Origin: Candidatus Omnitrophota bacterium
GTDB lineage: Bacteria > Omnitrophota > Gorgyraeia > Zapsychrales > Zapsychraceae
Direction of reading: 5' to 3'
DNA: 64,000 nt
Assembly: GCA_016214285.1 (NCBI GenBank)
Contig: JACROV010000079.1
Coordinates: 6,855 to 70,854, forward strand
Shown: piece by piece, positions 11,107-18,637 of the stretch
Layout of the letters: each line of letters opens with the position of its first letter
Numbering within the stretch: position 1 is the stretch's first letter
Program-made: the position numbers and the translations under genes
Notes under the pieces: generated by a model
The model's input: the letters and a program-made list of their open reading frames with translations, nothing else
Databases searched by the model: none
Told to the model about the DNA's origin: nothing

Positions 11107-11720
11107 AAGGAAGATTTATCACGTTTGAAGGTTCCGAAGGCTCGGGGAAAAGCACCCAGATCGAGCTGGTTTGCCGCTATTTGAAAAGAAAAAGACGGAA
11201 AGTCCTGTTCCTGCGGGAGCCGGGCGCGACCAGGATCAGCGAGCAGATCCGCCGCATCCTTTTGGACGTCGGCAGCGCGGGCATGAGCGACGAATGCGAG
11301 ACGCTTTTGTACATGGCGGCGCGGGCGCAACTGGTACGCGAGAAGATCATCCCGGCGTTGCGTAAAGGGAGGGTCGTTCTTTGCGACCGTTTTCTGGATT
11401 CCACACTCGCTTATCAAGGGTACGGCAATGGCGTGGATATCGCTTGGATCAAACAGCTTGGCCGGTTCGCGACCGGCGGCGTCACTCCGGATCTGACGCT
11501 TTTTTTTGACATCGACGCGAAGAAAGGCTTGGGGCGGATCGTCCGTCCCAAAGACCGCATCGAGCGCCGCAGTGTTCTGTATCATAACCGTGTGCGCGCG
11601 GGATATCGGGCTCTGGCCCGGCAGGAACCGAAGCGGATCAAGTTGATCAAAGTCAACGGCGGTAAGGCAGAGATCCATTTGGTCGTGCGCGATCACATCG
11701 ATGGTTTATTGGGTTTATAG
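11103..11720 (+). CDS. tmk: Thymidylate kinase
   Basis: P-loop FEGSEGSGKST and LID region. The ATG at 11103 overlaps the cysS stop (ATGA); the listed ORF begins at 11091. Confidence 0.9.
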   Translation: MKGRFITFEGSEGSGKSTQIELVCRYLKRKRRKVLFLREPGATRISEQIRRILLDVGSAGMSDECETLLYMAARAQLVREKIIPALRKGRVVLCDRFLDSTLAYQGYGNGVDIAWIKQLGRFATGGVTPDLTLFFDIDAKKGLGRIVRPKDRIERRSVLYHNRVRAGYRALARQEPKRIKLIKVNGGKAEIHLVVRDHIDGLLGL

Positions 11721-11724
11721 TTTG

Positions 11725-12068
11725 ATTTCGGCTGAACCTTTCACCGGAACGCTTGTCCCGCCCTCCCGCAGGGAGCCTACTCGGCCACCGAGGCGGGACT
11801 ACGCTCGACAAAAGCCCCTCGCTCGCCAAGGTGGTTGAGCGAAGGGCTCCATGGCCGCTCGTGGCTTTTAACGTCCGGCTCAAGGTTCATCCTCAATCCT
11901 TTTGTCAAGAAGTTGAGTAATGATAAGTTGCCCGAATTAAAGGTCACCGGTCAATATCCAATCCGAAGTGAACTTTGATGTGAACGAAGGATTGGATATT
12001 GACAACGACGGCGAATCATGTCGTAAGGGTTTAATCGCCGGAATGTTTATCTGTCTAACTTGGGTTAA
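11725..12068 (+). repeat. ~340-nt structured intergenic element, family C copy 1 (candidate ncRNA or repeat)
   Basis: Homologous to 36040-36350 at about 70% identity, with conserved blocks and a compensatory change in one hairpin (atatccaatcc/ggattggatat versus ataccaatcc/ggattggtat). Confidence 0.55.
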
Positions 12069-12070
12069 TC

Positions 12071-13051
12071 ATGATTACAAGTGCAATTGAAATTAATCAG
12101 TCGGTTTTAAAACGTTTCGCCGCCCTTGAGAAGAAGGGGTTTTTGGCGCACGCGTATCTTTTCACGGGCCCGGCGCATATCGGCAAGGCCGCCACCGCGT
12201 TTGCCGTTGCCAAGTTCTTGAACTGTGAGAACAAAAAAGAGGGCGGTGAGGGGTGTTCTTGCGACCGCTGCCCGTCGTGCCTGAGGATCAATTCGGGCAA
12301 CCACCCGGATATCCATGTCCTTAAAGTGGCGCCCGGCGAGTCGATCAAGATTGACGCGGTCCGTGAACTATTGGCCCGGATCAGGCTGCGGCCTTTTATG
12401 GCGGCAAAAAAGATCTTTATCGTTCATAACATTGAAGACCTCACCACCGAAGGGGCCAACGCTTTGTTGAAGACCCTGGAAGAGCCGTCGGTCAACAGTC
12501 TGCTCATTCTGACAACGGCGGTCCCTGAACGGGTTTTGGAAACGGTCAAATCCCGTTGTCACGTTATGCCATTTGTCCCGGTCTCCCAAGCAGCGCTTGC
12601 GGCCCGGCTGGTTCAGTACTATGATGAGGACAAAGACCAGGCTCACTTTCTGGCCTATTTTGCCGAAGGGTGCCTGGGCAAGGCGCGCCGGCTTAAAGAA
12701 GACGGTCTGTGCGCGGCCAAGGATGAGATCATTGACCGGTATATTTTGGGGCGCGAACGTGAGGCGCTCGTCAAAACAATTGGAGCCGACAAGGCGAAAA
12801 CAAGAGAATTTTTGGATGTCCTCTTAAGCTGGGTCAGGGACTGCCTGCTGATCCAGTCGGGAGTAGAGGATGCCCGGCTGGTGCATGCCGGACGGATCCG
12901 GGAACTACAGAACTTTCAACGGCGGTTTTCTTTCGAAGAGCTGGCCGGCATTCACCGTGAAACGATCAACGCGTGCCGGTTACTCGTCGAAAATCTTAAC
13001 GTGAAAATACCGCTGTCGATCCTGGGAGAAATGCTATACCGCGTTCCATAA
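12071..13051 (+). CDS. holB: DNA polymerase III delta' subunit
   Basis: AAA+ P-loop GPAHIGKA and zinc module CSCDRCPSC. Synteny with tmk and yaaT. Confidence 0.9.
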   Translation: MITSAIEINQSVLKRFAALEKKGFLAHAYLFTGPAHIGKAATAFAVAKFLNCENKKEGGEGCSCDRCPSCLRINSGNHPDIHVLKVAPGESIKIDAVRELLARIRLRPFMAAKKIFIVHNIEDLTTEGANALLKTLEEPSVNSLLILTTAVPERVLETVKSRCHVMPFVPVSQAALAARLVQYYDEDKDQAHFLAYFAEGCLGKARRLKEDGLCAAKDEIIDRYILGREREALVKTIGADKAKTREFLDVLLSWVRDCLLIQSGVEDARLVHAGRIRELQNFQRRFSFEELAGIHRETINACRLLVENLNVKIPLSILGEMLYRVP

Positions 13052-13114
13052 ATTTCTAATCAGGGGAACGCGGTATTATCCCGAGACCCTTGATGTTCAA
13101 GATCGAGGAGGCGA

Positions 13115-13924
13115 GTGGATATGGGCCAAATAATACAAGTCCAGTTGGGCGAATACCGCGACGCGGATTATTATGACCTTAATGGTGTTGCCTGTGACCG
13201 CGGGGATTATGTGATCGTGGAAGTCGACCGCGGATCGGAGTTCGGCCTGGTCGTCTCCCAGGTGAGCGCCGTGTGTCCCCCGAAAACGGAAAGCAAGTCC
13301 CAGGGGCGTATCTTGCGCAAGGCGACTGAAGGCGATTTGAAGCAAATTGCCAACAACCGCACGAAGGTGCAGGACGCCATCGATAACTGCGTGAGCAAGA
13401 TCAGCGACCGCAAACTTCATATGAATATCGTCAAGGCCGAGTATACTTTTGATGCCAGCAAGATCATCTTTTTCTTTCTGGCCGACGGGCGCGTTGATTT
13501 TCGCAATCTGGTCAAAGACCTGGCGAAGGTGTTCCGCGTGCGCATCGAGCTTAAGCAGATCGGCGTGCGCGACAAGGCCAAGATCGTCGGCGGTTACGGG
13601 ATTTGCGGCCGCGAGCTGTGCTGTTCGTCTTATATGAATGGTTTCCATACGCTTTCCATCAAGATGGCCAAAGAGCAGGGGCTGCCTTTGAACCCGTCGC
13701 GTATCTCGGGGGTGTGCGGCCGCATCAAGTGCTGCATGGCTTACGAATTTCAGGTGTATAAAGAATTTTCCAAAGGCCTGCCGTCGGTCGGCGAGAAGAT
13801 CACCACCGAAGAAGGCAAGGGCAAAGTGGTCGACGTCAACATCCTCAAGCGCCTGGTCACCGTCGATGTCGGCGAAGGCAAGGTCATCAAAACTGCTTTC
13901 CCGAAAGAAGTTGGGGCCGGTTGA
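13115..13924 (+). CDS. ricT: PSP1 C-terminal domain protein YaaT/RicT
   Basis: PSP1 domain with cysteine cluster (ICGRELCC, CGRIKCC). Conserved neighbour of holB. Confidence 0.85.
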   Translation: MDMGQIIQVQLGEYRDADYYDLNGVACDRGDYVIVEVDRGSEFGLVVSQVSAVCPPKTESKSQGRILRKATEGDLKQIANNRTKVQDAIDNCVSKISDRKLHMNIVKAEYTFDASKIIFFFLADGRVDFRNLVKDLAKVFRVRIELKQIGVRDKAKIVGGYGICGRELCCSSYMNGFHTLSIKMAKEQGLPLNPSRISGVCGRIKCCMAYEFQVYKEFSKGLPSVGEKITTEEGKGKVVDVNILKRLVTVDVGEGKVIKTAFPKEVGAG

Positions 13925-13961
13925 ATTGGTTCTTAAACGACTTTTATAAAAAGCCACAGGG

Positions 13962-13990
13962 CCCGCTCCGTGGCTTTCTCTTATTCGCCG
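13962..13990 (+). terminator. Rho-independent terminator after yaaT
   Basis: Hairpin gccacagggcccgctccgtggc followed by a T-rich tract. Confidence 0.6.
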
Positions 13991-14075
13991 CAGAGGCGGC
14001 GAATAACTCCAGCGTTTGATTCATTCCGAAATATCAATATTCCCGGGATGAATCAGCTGGAGTGACCACCCTTGT
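13990..14075 (+). repeat. Post-terminator repeat element, family B copy 1
   Basis: ttattcgccgcagaggcggcgaataa hairpin followed by a conserved ...ccgaaatatcaa...cccgggatgaatcagctgg block. A near-identical unit lies at 28707-28795. Confidence 0.6.
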
Positions 14076-14087
14076 TACACTTGTAAC
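14074..14087. promoter_or_regulatory. Conserved palindromic operator-like motif gttacacttgtaac (copy 1)
   Basis: Perfect 14-bp palindrome repeated at 16842-16855, where it overlaps a TTGACA-N16-TACACT promoter. Here it lies about 30 nt upstream of a small ORF with a good ribosome-binding site. Confidence 0.45.
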
Positions 14088-14113
14088 AAATTTGCTACAT
14101 GTAAGGAAGGTTA

Positions 14114-14281
14114 ATGGAAATTCTGAAGTGGTTTAAGATGTTTTTCCGTGAAAATAATAGGCGTCGATTATTGCGGCAGCAGTTAGAGAAAGAATCCAAG
14201 GTAACTCGGGCAGCCTCGCTGGAAGTACTCCACGAGATGGAAGAACTGGATGACGATTTGAACTGCGAATTCGGTCATTAA
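14114..14281 (+). CDS. Small hypothetical protein (56 aa)
   Basis: ATG with ribosome-binding site taaggaagg. Its 3' end overlaps the first GAATT hairpin. Below the 60-aa cutoff of the ORF track. Confidence 0.3.
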   Translation: MEILKWFKMFFRENNRRRLLRQQLEKESKVTRAASLEVLHEMEELDDDLNCEFGH

Positions 14282-14472
14282 TGACCGAATTTGAATTGCC
14301 CGGGCGACAGGTGAATTCAGTCGGTGCCGACTGAATTTGGACTGCCCAAGCGACAGGCAAATTCAACCGACATCGGCTGAATTCGAATTGCCCGAGACGT
14401 GAGATGAATTCCGCAGACGTCTGCGGAATTGCCCGCGGCAGGGACGCGGGGAAAAGCGGCGGAGGGAAAAGG
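14267..14472. repeat. Array D1: four GAATT-flanked 25-nt palindromic hairpins separated by (t)gaattgcccgggcgacag units, ending in a G-rich tract
   Basis: Hairpins gaattcggtcattaatgaccgaatt, gaattcagtcggtgccgactgaatt, aattcaaccgacatcggctgaatt and gaattccgcagacgtctgcggaatt. The terminal gaattgcccgcggcagggacgcggggaaaagcggcggagggaaaagg recurs at 16578 and 18011. Confidence 0.75.
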
Positions 14473-14559
14473 TGTGCGTCGCCGGAGAAACTGGCGCGCG
14501 GCCCGGCGGGATTTGGAAGAATTGGCAGGGAAAAGCATTTTCCGGGAAAGGAGAAACTT

Positions 14560-14760
14560 GTGGGCAAATATAAATTAAACAAAAAAATTGTAGTCATATC
14601 GTCTTTGGACGAAACCGATGAAAAGGATTATTGGAAGTCACGGACACCAACAGATAGATTGAAGGCCATTGAAATAAACAGGAGGATTGTATATGGATAT
14701 GCCCATACTTCCCCAAGATTTCAGAGTTTTTTTGAAGTTGCTCAACTCCAAAAGAATTGA
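14560..14760 (+). CDS. Small hypothetical protein (66 aa, GTG start), possible partner of the downstream nucleotidyltransferase
   Basis: Ribosome-binding site aaaggagaaacttGTG. The upstream portion of the listed ORF 14404..14760 covers repeats and is spurious. The 74-nt overlap with the next gene makes this call uncertain. Confidence 0.3.
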   Translation: MGKYKLNKKIVVISSLDETDEKDYWKSRTPTDRLKAIEINRRIVYGYAHTSPRFQSFFEVAQLQKN

Positions 14761-15142
14761 GTATCTGCTCATCGGCGGTTATGCCGTCGGCTATTACGGT
14801 TATCCACGCGCAACAGCTGATATGGATATATGGATCGCTATCAGCAAAGAGAACGCGAAGAAGATGACAGAAGCAATTAAGGATTTCGGCATGAAGGCTC
14901 CCGCTTTAAACGAGGGTATTTTTCTTGAGCCCGGGAAAATAATCAGGATGGGATATCCGCCGATAAGAATAGAAGTGCTGACAGAAATATCAGGAGTAAA
15001 TTTTAAACAATGCTATGCCCGGCGCGAAGAAATAAAAATTGATGGAATAAAAGTAAAAATGATATCATTGGGGGATCTTTTGAAAAATAAAAAGGCGAGT
15101 GGCCGGCATAAAGATCTAAATGATCTGGAAAATTTAAGATAA
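14687..15142 (+). CDS. Pol-beta superfamily nucleotidyltransferase (MNT/DUF6036-like), candidate TA component
   Basis: hG[GS]x9-13DxD NTase motif in LLIGGYAVGYYGYPRATADMDIWI. AT-rich relative to the genome. Confidence 0.6.
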   Translation: MYMDMPILPQDFRVFLKLLNSKRIEYLLIGGYAVGYYGYPRATADMDIWIAISKENAKKMTEAIKDFGMKAPALNEGIFLEPGKIIRMGYPPIRIEVLTEISGVNFKQCYARREEIKIDGIKVKMISLGDLLKNKKASGRHKDLNDLENLR

Positions 15143-15204
15143 CAAGCGGGTTGAGCGCTCAATTCAGACCAGGACGCTTCCGGAGTGTCCTGCGGCATTA
15201 ACAA

Positions 15205-15297
15205 GTGACGAAACTAAATGAGAAATATGTCTTCGAAATTTTACGTGACAACCCCGATTTACTACGTCAACGATAACCCGCGCATCGGGCACGCGTA
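15205..15297 (+). pseudogene. Displaced, diverged 5' fragment of metG ([26 protein letters not shown])
   Basis: About 85% nucleotide identity to the true metG start at 18634 ([26 protein letters not shown]). It ends in a stop after 30 codons. Confidence 0.7.
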
Positions 15298-15372
15298 ATG
15301 ATACCTGCCATCATCCTGTTTCTGCAAAAGAATGTTTGAGTTTTTTAAAGTGATAGTTTATAATTCTCAATA

Positions 15373-16605
15373 TGCGATTCGTTCATCGTCTCATCGAAAA
15401 TGAACTTTTAAAGGCCGCCCGCAATTTCCCGGCGATTCTCTTTGACCGGCCCGCGCCGGGCCGGGAAAACAACGCTTTTAAAAAAGTTGTTCCCCAAGGC
15501 CTCGTATTATCTCCTGGAAGACCCCGACATTGTTGCCCGCGTCCGGACTGATCCGCGTTCTTTTCTTGAAGAGATCAGGCTGCCGGTCATTCTCGATGAA
15601 ATCCAGAACGTCCCCGAACTGTTCAATTACGTGCGCGCGCGGATTGATAACGCTCCACAGAAGTTCGGACAGTGGTTTCTGACCGGGTCCCAGGAAGCCG
15701 GGCTCATGAAGGGGGTGACGGAGTCCATGGCTGGCCGCGTGGCCGTGTTTGAGCTTTTGCCGTTTTCGATAGGTGAGACATCCGGAGTTTCCATTTTTCG
15801 CGGAGGATTCCCGGAGGTTCTGGCCAGACCCCGGGCGGGCGATATCTGGTTCCGGTCGTACCTTCAGACGTATCTGGAAAGAGACGTGCGCGCGGTCAGC
15901 TCGATCAAGAGCGTGACGACATTCCGGCGTTTTTTGTCTCTGTTGGCCAGCCAGTGCGGGCAGATCCTGAACAAGACCGATCTCGCGGCCCCTTTGGGGG
16001 TGAGCGTGCCCACGTTGAGCGAATGGATCCATATCCTTGAGACCACGGGTCAGATCATCCTCGTGCCGCCTTTTTATGAAAATTTCGGCAAACGGATCAT
16101 CAAATCCCCAAAACTCTATTTTGTGGACTCCGGGTTGGCGTGTCATCTTTTGAATATCTCTTCCGAGAAAATGCTTTTTTCTTCGCCGTTTCTGGGAGCT
16201 GTCTTTGAAGGGTTCATCGCCGCGGAAATCATCAAATTCCAGATAAATACCGGCAAGAGAAAAGAGCTGTATTATTTTCGGGACCAGCAGGGCCTGGAAG
16301 TTGATTTTTTGATTCCGCAGGGGGACCGCCGGCTCATCCTTCTGGAGGCGGAGGCAACCAGGACGCTTCGGCCGCAGATGGCGGAACCCCTCAAACGGCT
16401 GGCGCACAATATCGCGCGTTACGAGGTTGAGCAGTGGGTTGTCTGTCCTGATTCCCAAAAAGGAGAACCCCTGCGCGCCTTAAGCCCGGGCACAAAGGCC
16501 CTTTCCGTGAAGGGGCTGTTGAGTGCTTTGAAGGGGCAGCTTTCCGGAACACCCGGTGCTGTCAAGGGCCGGACGGCGAATTCCACCGGCGCCGGTGGAA
16601 TTTGA
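15373..16605 (+). pseudogene. AAA_14/DUF4143-family ATPase, frameshifted near 15440
   Basis: Frame 1 from the ATG at 15373 gives MRFVHRLIENELLKAARNFPAILFDRPAPG. The P-loop TGPRRAGKTTLL continues in another frame (the listed ORF starts at TTG 15442). One extra base at about 15437-15440 separates the two frames. The C-terminus runs into the hairpin array. Confidence 0.6.
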
Positions 16606-16716
16606 ATTGCCCGGGCGACAGACGAATTGAGTCGGTGCCGACTGAATTGTAGTGTAAATTTGAATTCGTCCCGACGTATCGTCGGGACGAATTGCCCGCG
16701 GCAGGGGGGGGGGGAT
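16578..16716. repeat. Array D2: three GAATT-flanked palindromic hairpins plus a gaattgcccgcggcagg(g)n tract
   Basis: gaattccaccggcgccggtggaatt, gaattgagtcggtgccgactgaatt and gaattcgtcccgacgtatcgtcgggacgaatt, then gcccgcggcagggggggggg. Confidence 0.75.
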
Positions 16717-16821
16717 CCGACCAGAGGACACTTTGGGAGTGTCCGGCGGCGGGTGTTAAGTTGTGGTTGCCCCGGAGTTTGGTACGTCCCCGGAATCCCC
16801 TCGTTTTTAGCAGAAAATGAA

Positions 16822-16862
16822 TTGACATATGGCTGTGCCATGTTACACTTGTAACAGAATTG
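16822..16862 (+). promoter_or_regulatory. Sigma70-like promoter (TTGACA-N16-TACACT) overlapping palindrome gttacacttgtaac, upstream of the wHTH-MNT gene
   Basis: -35 TTGACA at 16822-16827 and -10 TACACT at 16844-16849. The palindrome at 16842-16855 is identical to 14074-14087. Confidence 0.5.
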
Positions 16863-16947
16863 TTACAAAGGCCGCCCTTTAATATTTCAAAGGCGAGCCT
16901 CGCCATTTCACCAAGAAAGGAAATGGCGAAAATAGCGGGAGCTTCTT

Positions 16948-17556
16948 ATGCGTTTTCATGAATCTTTTCTGAGTGTTTTAAGATCGGACTTGAAGCTGAA
17001 GATCGTCAGATTTCTGCTCGATCATCAGGCCTCCATGAGCGAGCGCGAGATCGCCGCCGTCTTGAAGATCTCCCACATGAGCGTCAACCGCACCATGCAG
17101 GAACTGGCCCAGGCGAACCTTGTCCATTACCTGACCGTGGGCAAGGCGCATCTTTGGCAAGTGAACCGCCGCAGTTTTGCTTACAAGGCCTTGCGCCGAT
17201 TGTTCATTAGTTTGGAAAAGTCCCCGGATCCCCTGGAAGAATTAAAACAGGTCCTTTTAAAGCACTTGCCGCGAGGGTTGGTCAAGAGGATCGTCTTGTT
17301 CGGTTCAGTGGCGAAGGCTTCGGAGGGACCCCAGAGCGATATTGACGTCTTTATACTGGTCAATGATGCCCAAGGTCAACAGAGGCTTGAGGCGGCTATT
17401 GAAAAACTTTCTAATGAATGCCTGGAGGTTTTTGGGAACAGGCTGTCCCCGTATATTCTCACCGAAGGGCAATATAAACAAAGGCGGGATTCAGGTATTA
17501 TTGCCCAGGTCGAACAGGGGATTCAGATCTATCCCAACGGCAAGGCCGTGTCATGA
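16948..17556 (+). CDS. Winged-helix DNA-binding domain fused to a minimal nucleotidyltransferase (MNT antitoxin-like)
   Basis: MarR/ArsR-like N-terminal HTH. C-terminal NTase motif LFGSVAKASEGPQSDIDVFILV. Its stop overlaps the start of the HEPN gene. Confidence 0.7.
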   Translation: MRFHESFLSVLRSDLKLKIVRFLLDHQASMSEREIAAVLKISHMSVNRTMQELAQANLVHYLTVGKAHLWQVNRRSFAYKALRRLFISLEKSPDPLEELKQVLLKHLPRGLVKRIVLFGSVAKASEGPQSDIDVFILVNDAQGQQRLEAAIEKLSNECLEVFGNRLSPYILTEGQYKQRRDSGIIAQVEQGIQIYPNGKAVS

Positions 17557-17963
17557 CGTCTAAATTCAAAACAAGGGATGTGGGTAAGGCCCATTACGCC
17601 AATTTTTTGAAAAAGGCGGAAGAGTGTTTTCACGCGGCGCGGAATTCCTTCGCGGCTCAGGAATGGAACGCCGCGGCCATCAACGCCATTCATTGCGCTA
17701 TTGCCGCCTGCGACGCGATGTGCGTTTATTTTTTGGGCAAGCGCCACTCGGGTGAAGACCATAATGACGCGGCAGGGTTGTTCAAGGCCATCCGCCACGA
17801 TGAAGAGATCAATACCAACGCGAACCGGATTTTGAGGATTTTACGCATGAAAAGTATGGCGGAATATGAAGAGCGGCTGGTCTATAAATCCGAGGCCGAG
17901 AAGGTCCTGAAGGACTGCGAACGGTTTTGGGAGTTTGTGCAGGAACAGCTGCCTAAAGGCTGA
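17553..17963 (+). CDS. HEPN domain protein (toxin-like partner of the MNT)
   Basis: Rx4-6H motif GKRHSGEDH in a ~136-aa alpha-helical protein. It overlaps the MNT gene by 4 nt. Confidence 0.65.
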   Translation: MTSKFKTRDVGKAHYANFLKKAEECFHAARNSFAAQEWNAAAINAIHCAIAACDAMCVYFLGKRHSGEDHNDAAGLFKAIRHDEEINTNANRILRILRMKSMAEYEERLVYKSEAEKVLKDCERFWEFVQEQLPKG

Positions 17964-17972
17964 TGCTTAACC

Positions 17973-17997
17973 CCCGGCAACACCGGGTGTTGCCGGG
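17973..17997. repeat. GGCAACACCGGGTGTTGCC palindromic element, family E copy 1 (intergenic)
   Basis: Perfect 25-bp palindrome cccggcaacaccgggtgttgccggg. Other copies at 24383-24403 (inside alr) and 61947-61975 (inside lnt). Confidence 0.8.
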
Positions 17998-18010
17998 GCC
18001 GGGCGGACAG

Positions 18011-18122
18011 CGAATTCAGTCGACGTCGACTGAATTTGAATTCGTCAGATATCTGACGAATTCGCCAGCTAGCTGGCGAATTGCCCGCGGCAGGGGTGCT
18101 GGAAAGCGGCAGAGGGGAAAGG
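18011..18122. repeat. Array D3: two GAATT-flanked palindromic hairpins plus a gaattgcccgcggcagggg... G-rich tract
   Basis: cgaattcagtcgacgtcgactgaatt and gaattcgtcagatatctgacgaattc, then gccagctagctggcgaattgcccgcggcaggggtgctggaaagcggcagaggggaaagg. Confidence 0.75.
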
Positions 18123-18169
18123 TACACGTTTACGGGGAATATCGGTACAGAAATACATTGGATATCCAG

Positions 18170-18637
18170 ATGAAGAAGCCAGTAATTCAGTTAGAGCGTA
18201 CAGGTTGTGGTATCGCGAGCGTGGCTGCGATCGTCGGTTTCTCTTACCTGAAAATGAAGTCGATCGCGAATTCTTTGGGTGTCTTTGCGCATGACGAGAC
18301 TTTGTGGTCGAACCCGTCTCACGTGCGGAAGTTGTTGAGGCGTTTCGGCGTGAGAGCTGGCTCACGTGAAATACCTTTCCGCTCTTGGGAGACGCTTCCT
18401 GATCTTGCACTGTTGTCGATCAAGTGGCATCTTGAGAAAGGCCGTCCTTATTGGCATTGGGTAGTGTTCGTTCGAGAAAATGGGCGATCCTATGTGCTGG
18501 ATTCAAAAAAGCGTCTGCGTAGCAACGTCAGAACGGACTTTGGGCGTATGAAGCCAAAATGGTATATCCCGGTCATTGATGTCCAGCAATGCGTTCAATG
18601 CGATCGCGCCGGCAATAATAGACAGATAGAATCATGA
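18170..18637 (+). CDS. Peptidase C39-like (papain-fold) domain protein
   Basis: Catalytic-Cys context QLERTGCGIASVAAI and His context WHWVVFV. The real start MKKPV is about codon 70 of listed ORF 17963..18637, whose N-terminus is repeat DNA. The coordinate may be off by one. Confidence 0.55.
   Translation: MKKPVIQLERTGCGIASVAAIVGFSYLKMKSIANSLGVFAHDETLWSNPSHVRKLLRRFGVRAGSREIPFRSWETLPDLALLSIKWHLEKGRPYWHWVVFVRENGRSYVLDSKKRLRSNVRTDFGRMKPKWYIPVIDVQQCVQCDRAGNNRQIES

Noticed and set aside
9643-11696. Reverse-strand ORFs (224, 209 and 277 aa) overlapping cysS and tmk.
   Set aside because: Antisense artefacts.
11725-12068. The family C element could be RNase P RNA, tmRNA or another known large ncRNA.
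   Set aside because: It lacks the universally conserved RNase P P4/CR-I motifs, the tmRNA tRNA-like ends and resume-codon context. Two diverged copies of an essential single-copy RNA would also be unexpected.
13097-13957. 286-aa reverse-strand ORF opposite yaaT.
   Set aside because: Antisense to the conserved PSP1 gene.
14133-14597. Minus-strand 154-aa ORF and plus-strand 14404..14559 segment overlapping array D1.
   Set aside because: They lie entirely within repeat and G-rich DNA, so they are spurious.
15478-16458. 326-aa reverse-strand ORF opposite the DUF4143 ATPase.
   Set aside because: Antisense to a gene with clear P-loop and family motifs, and with no motifs of its own.
16419-16906. 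Minus-strand ORFs over array D2.
   Set aside because: They are translation of repeat DNA.
14267-18122. The hairpin arrays could be CRISPR arrays.
   Set aside because: The variable units are self-complementary palindromes with constant GAATT termini, the conserved unit is only ~20 nt and degenerate, array length is 2-4 units, and no cas genes are present.
17963-18169. N-terminal 69 codons of listed ORF 17963..18637.
   Set aside because: It translates across the family E palindrome and hairpin array D3. The real gene starts at MKKPV (~18170).
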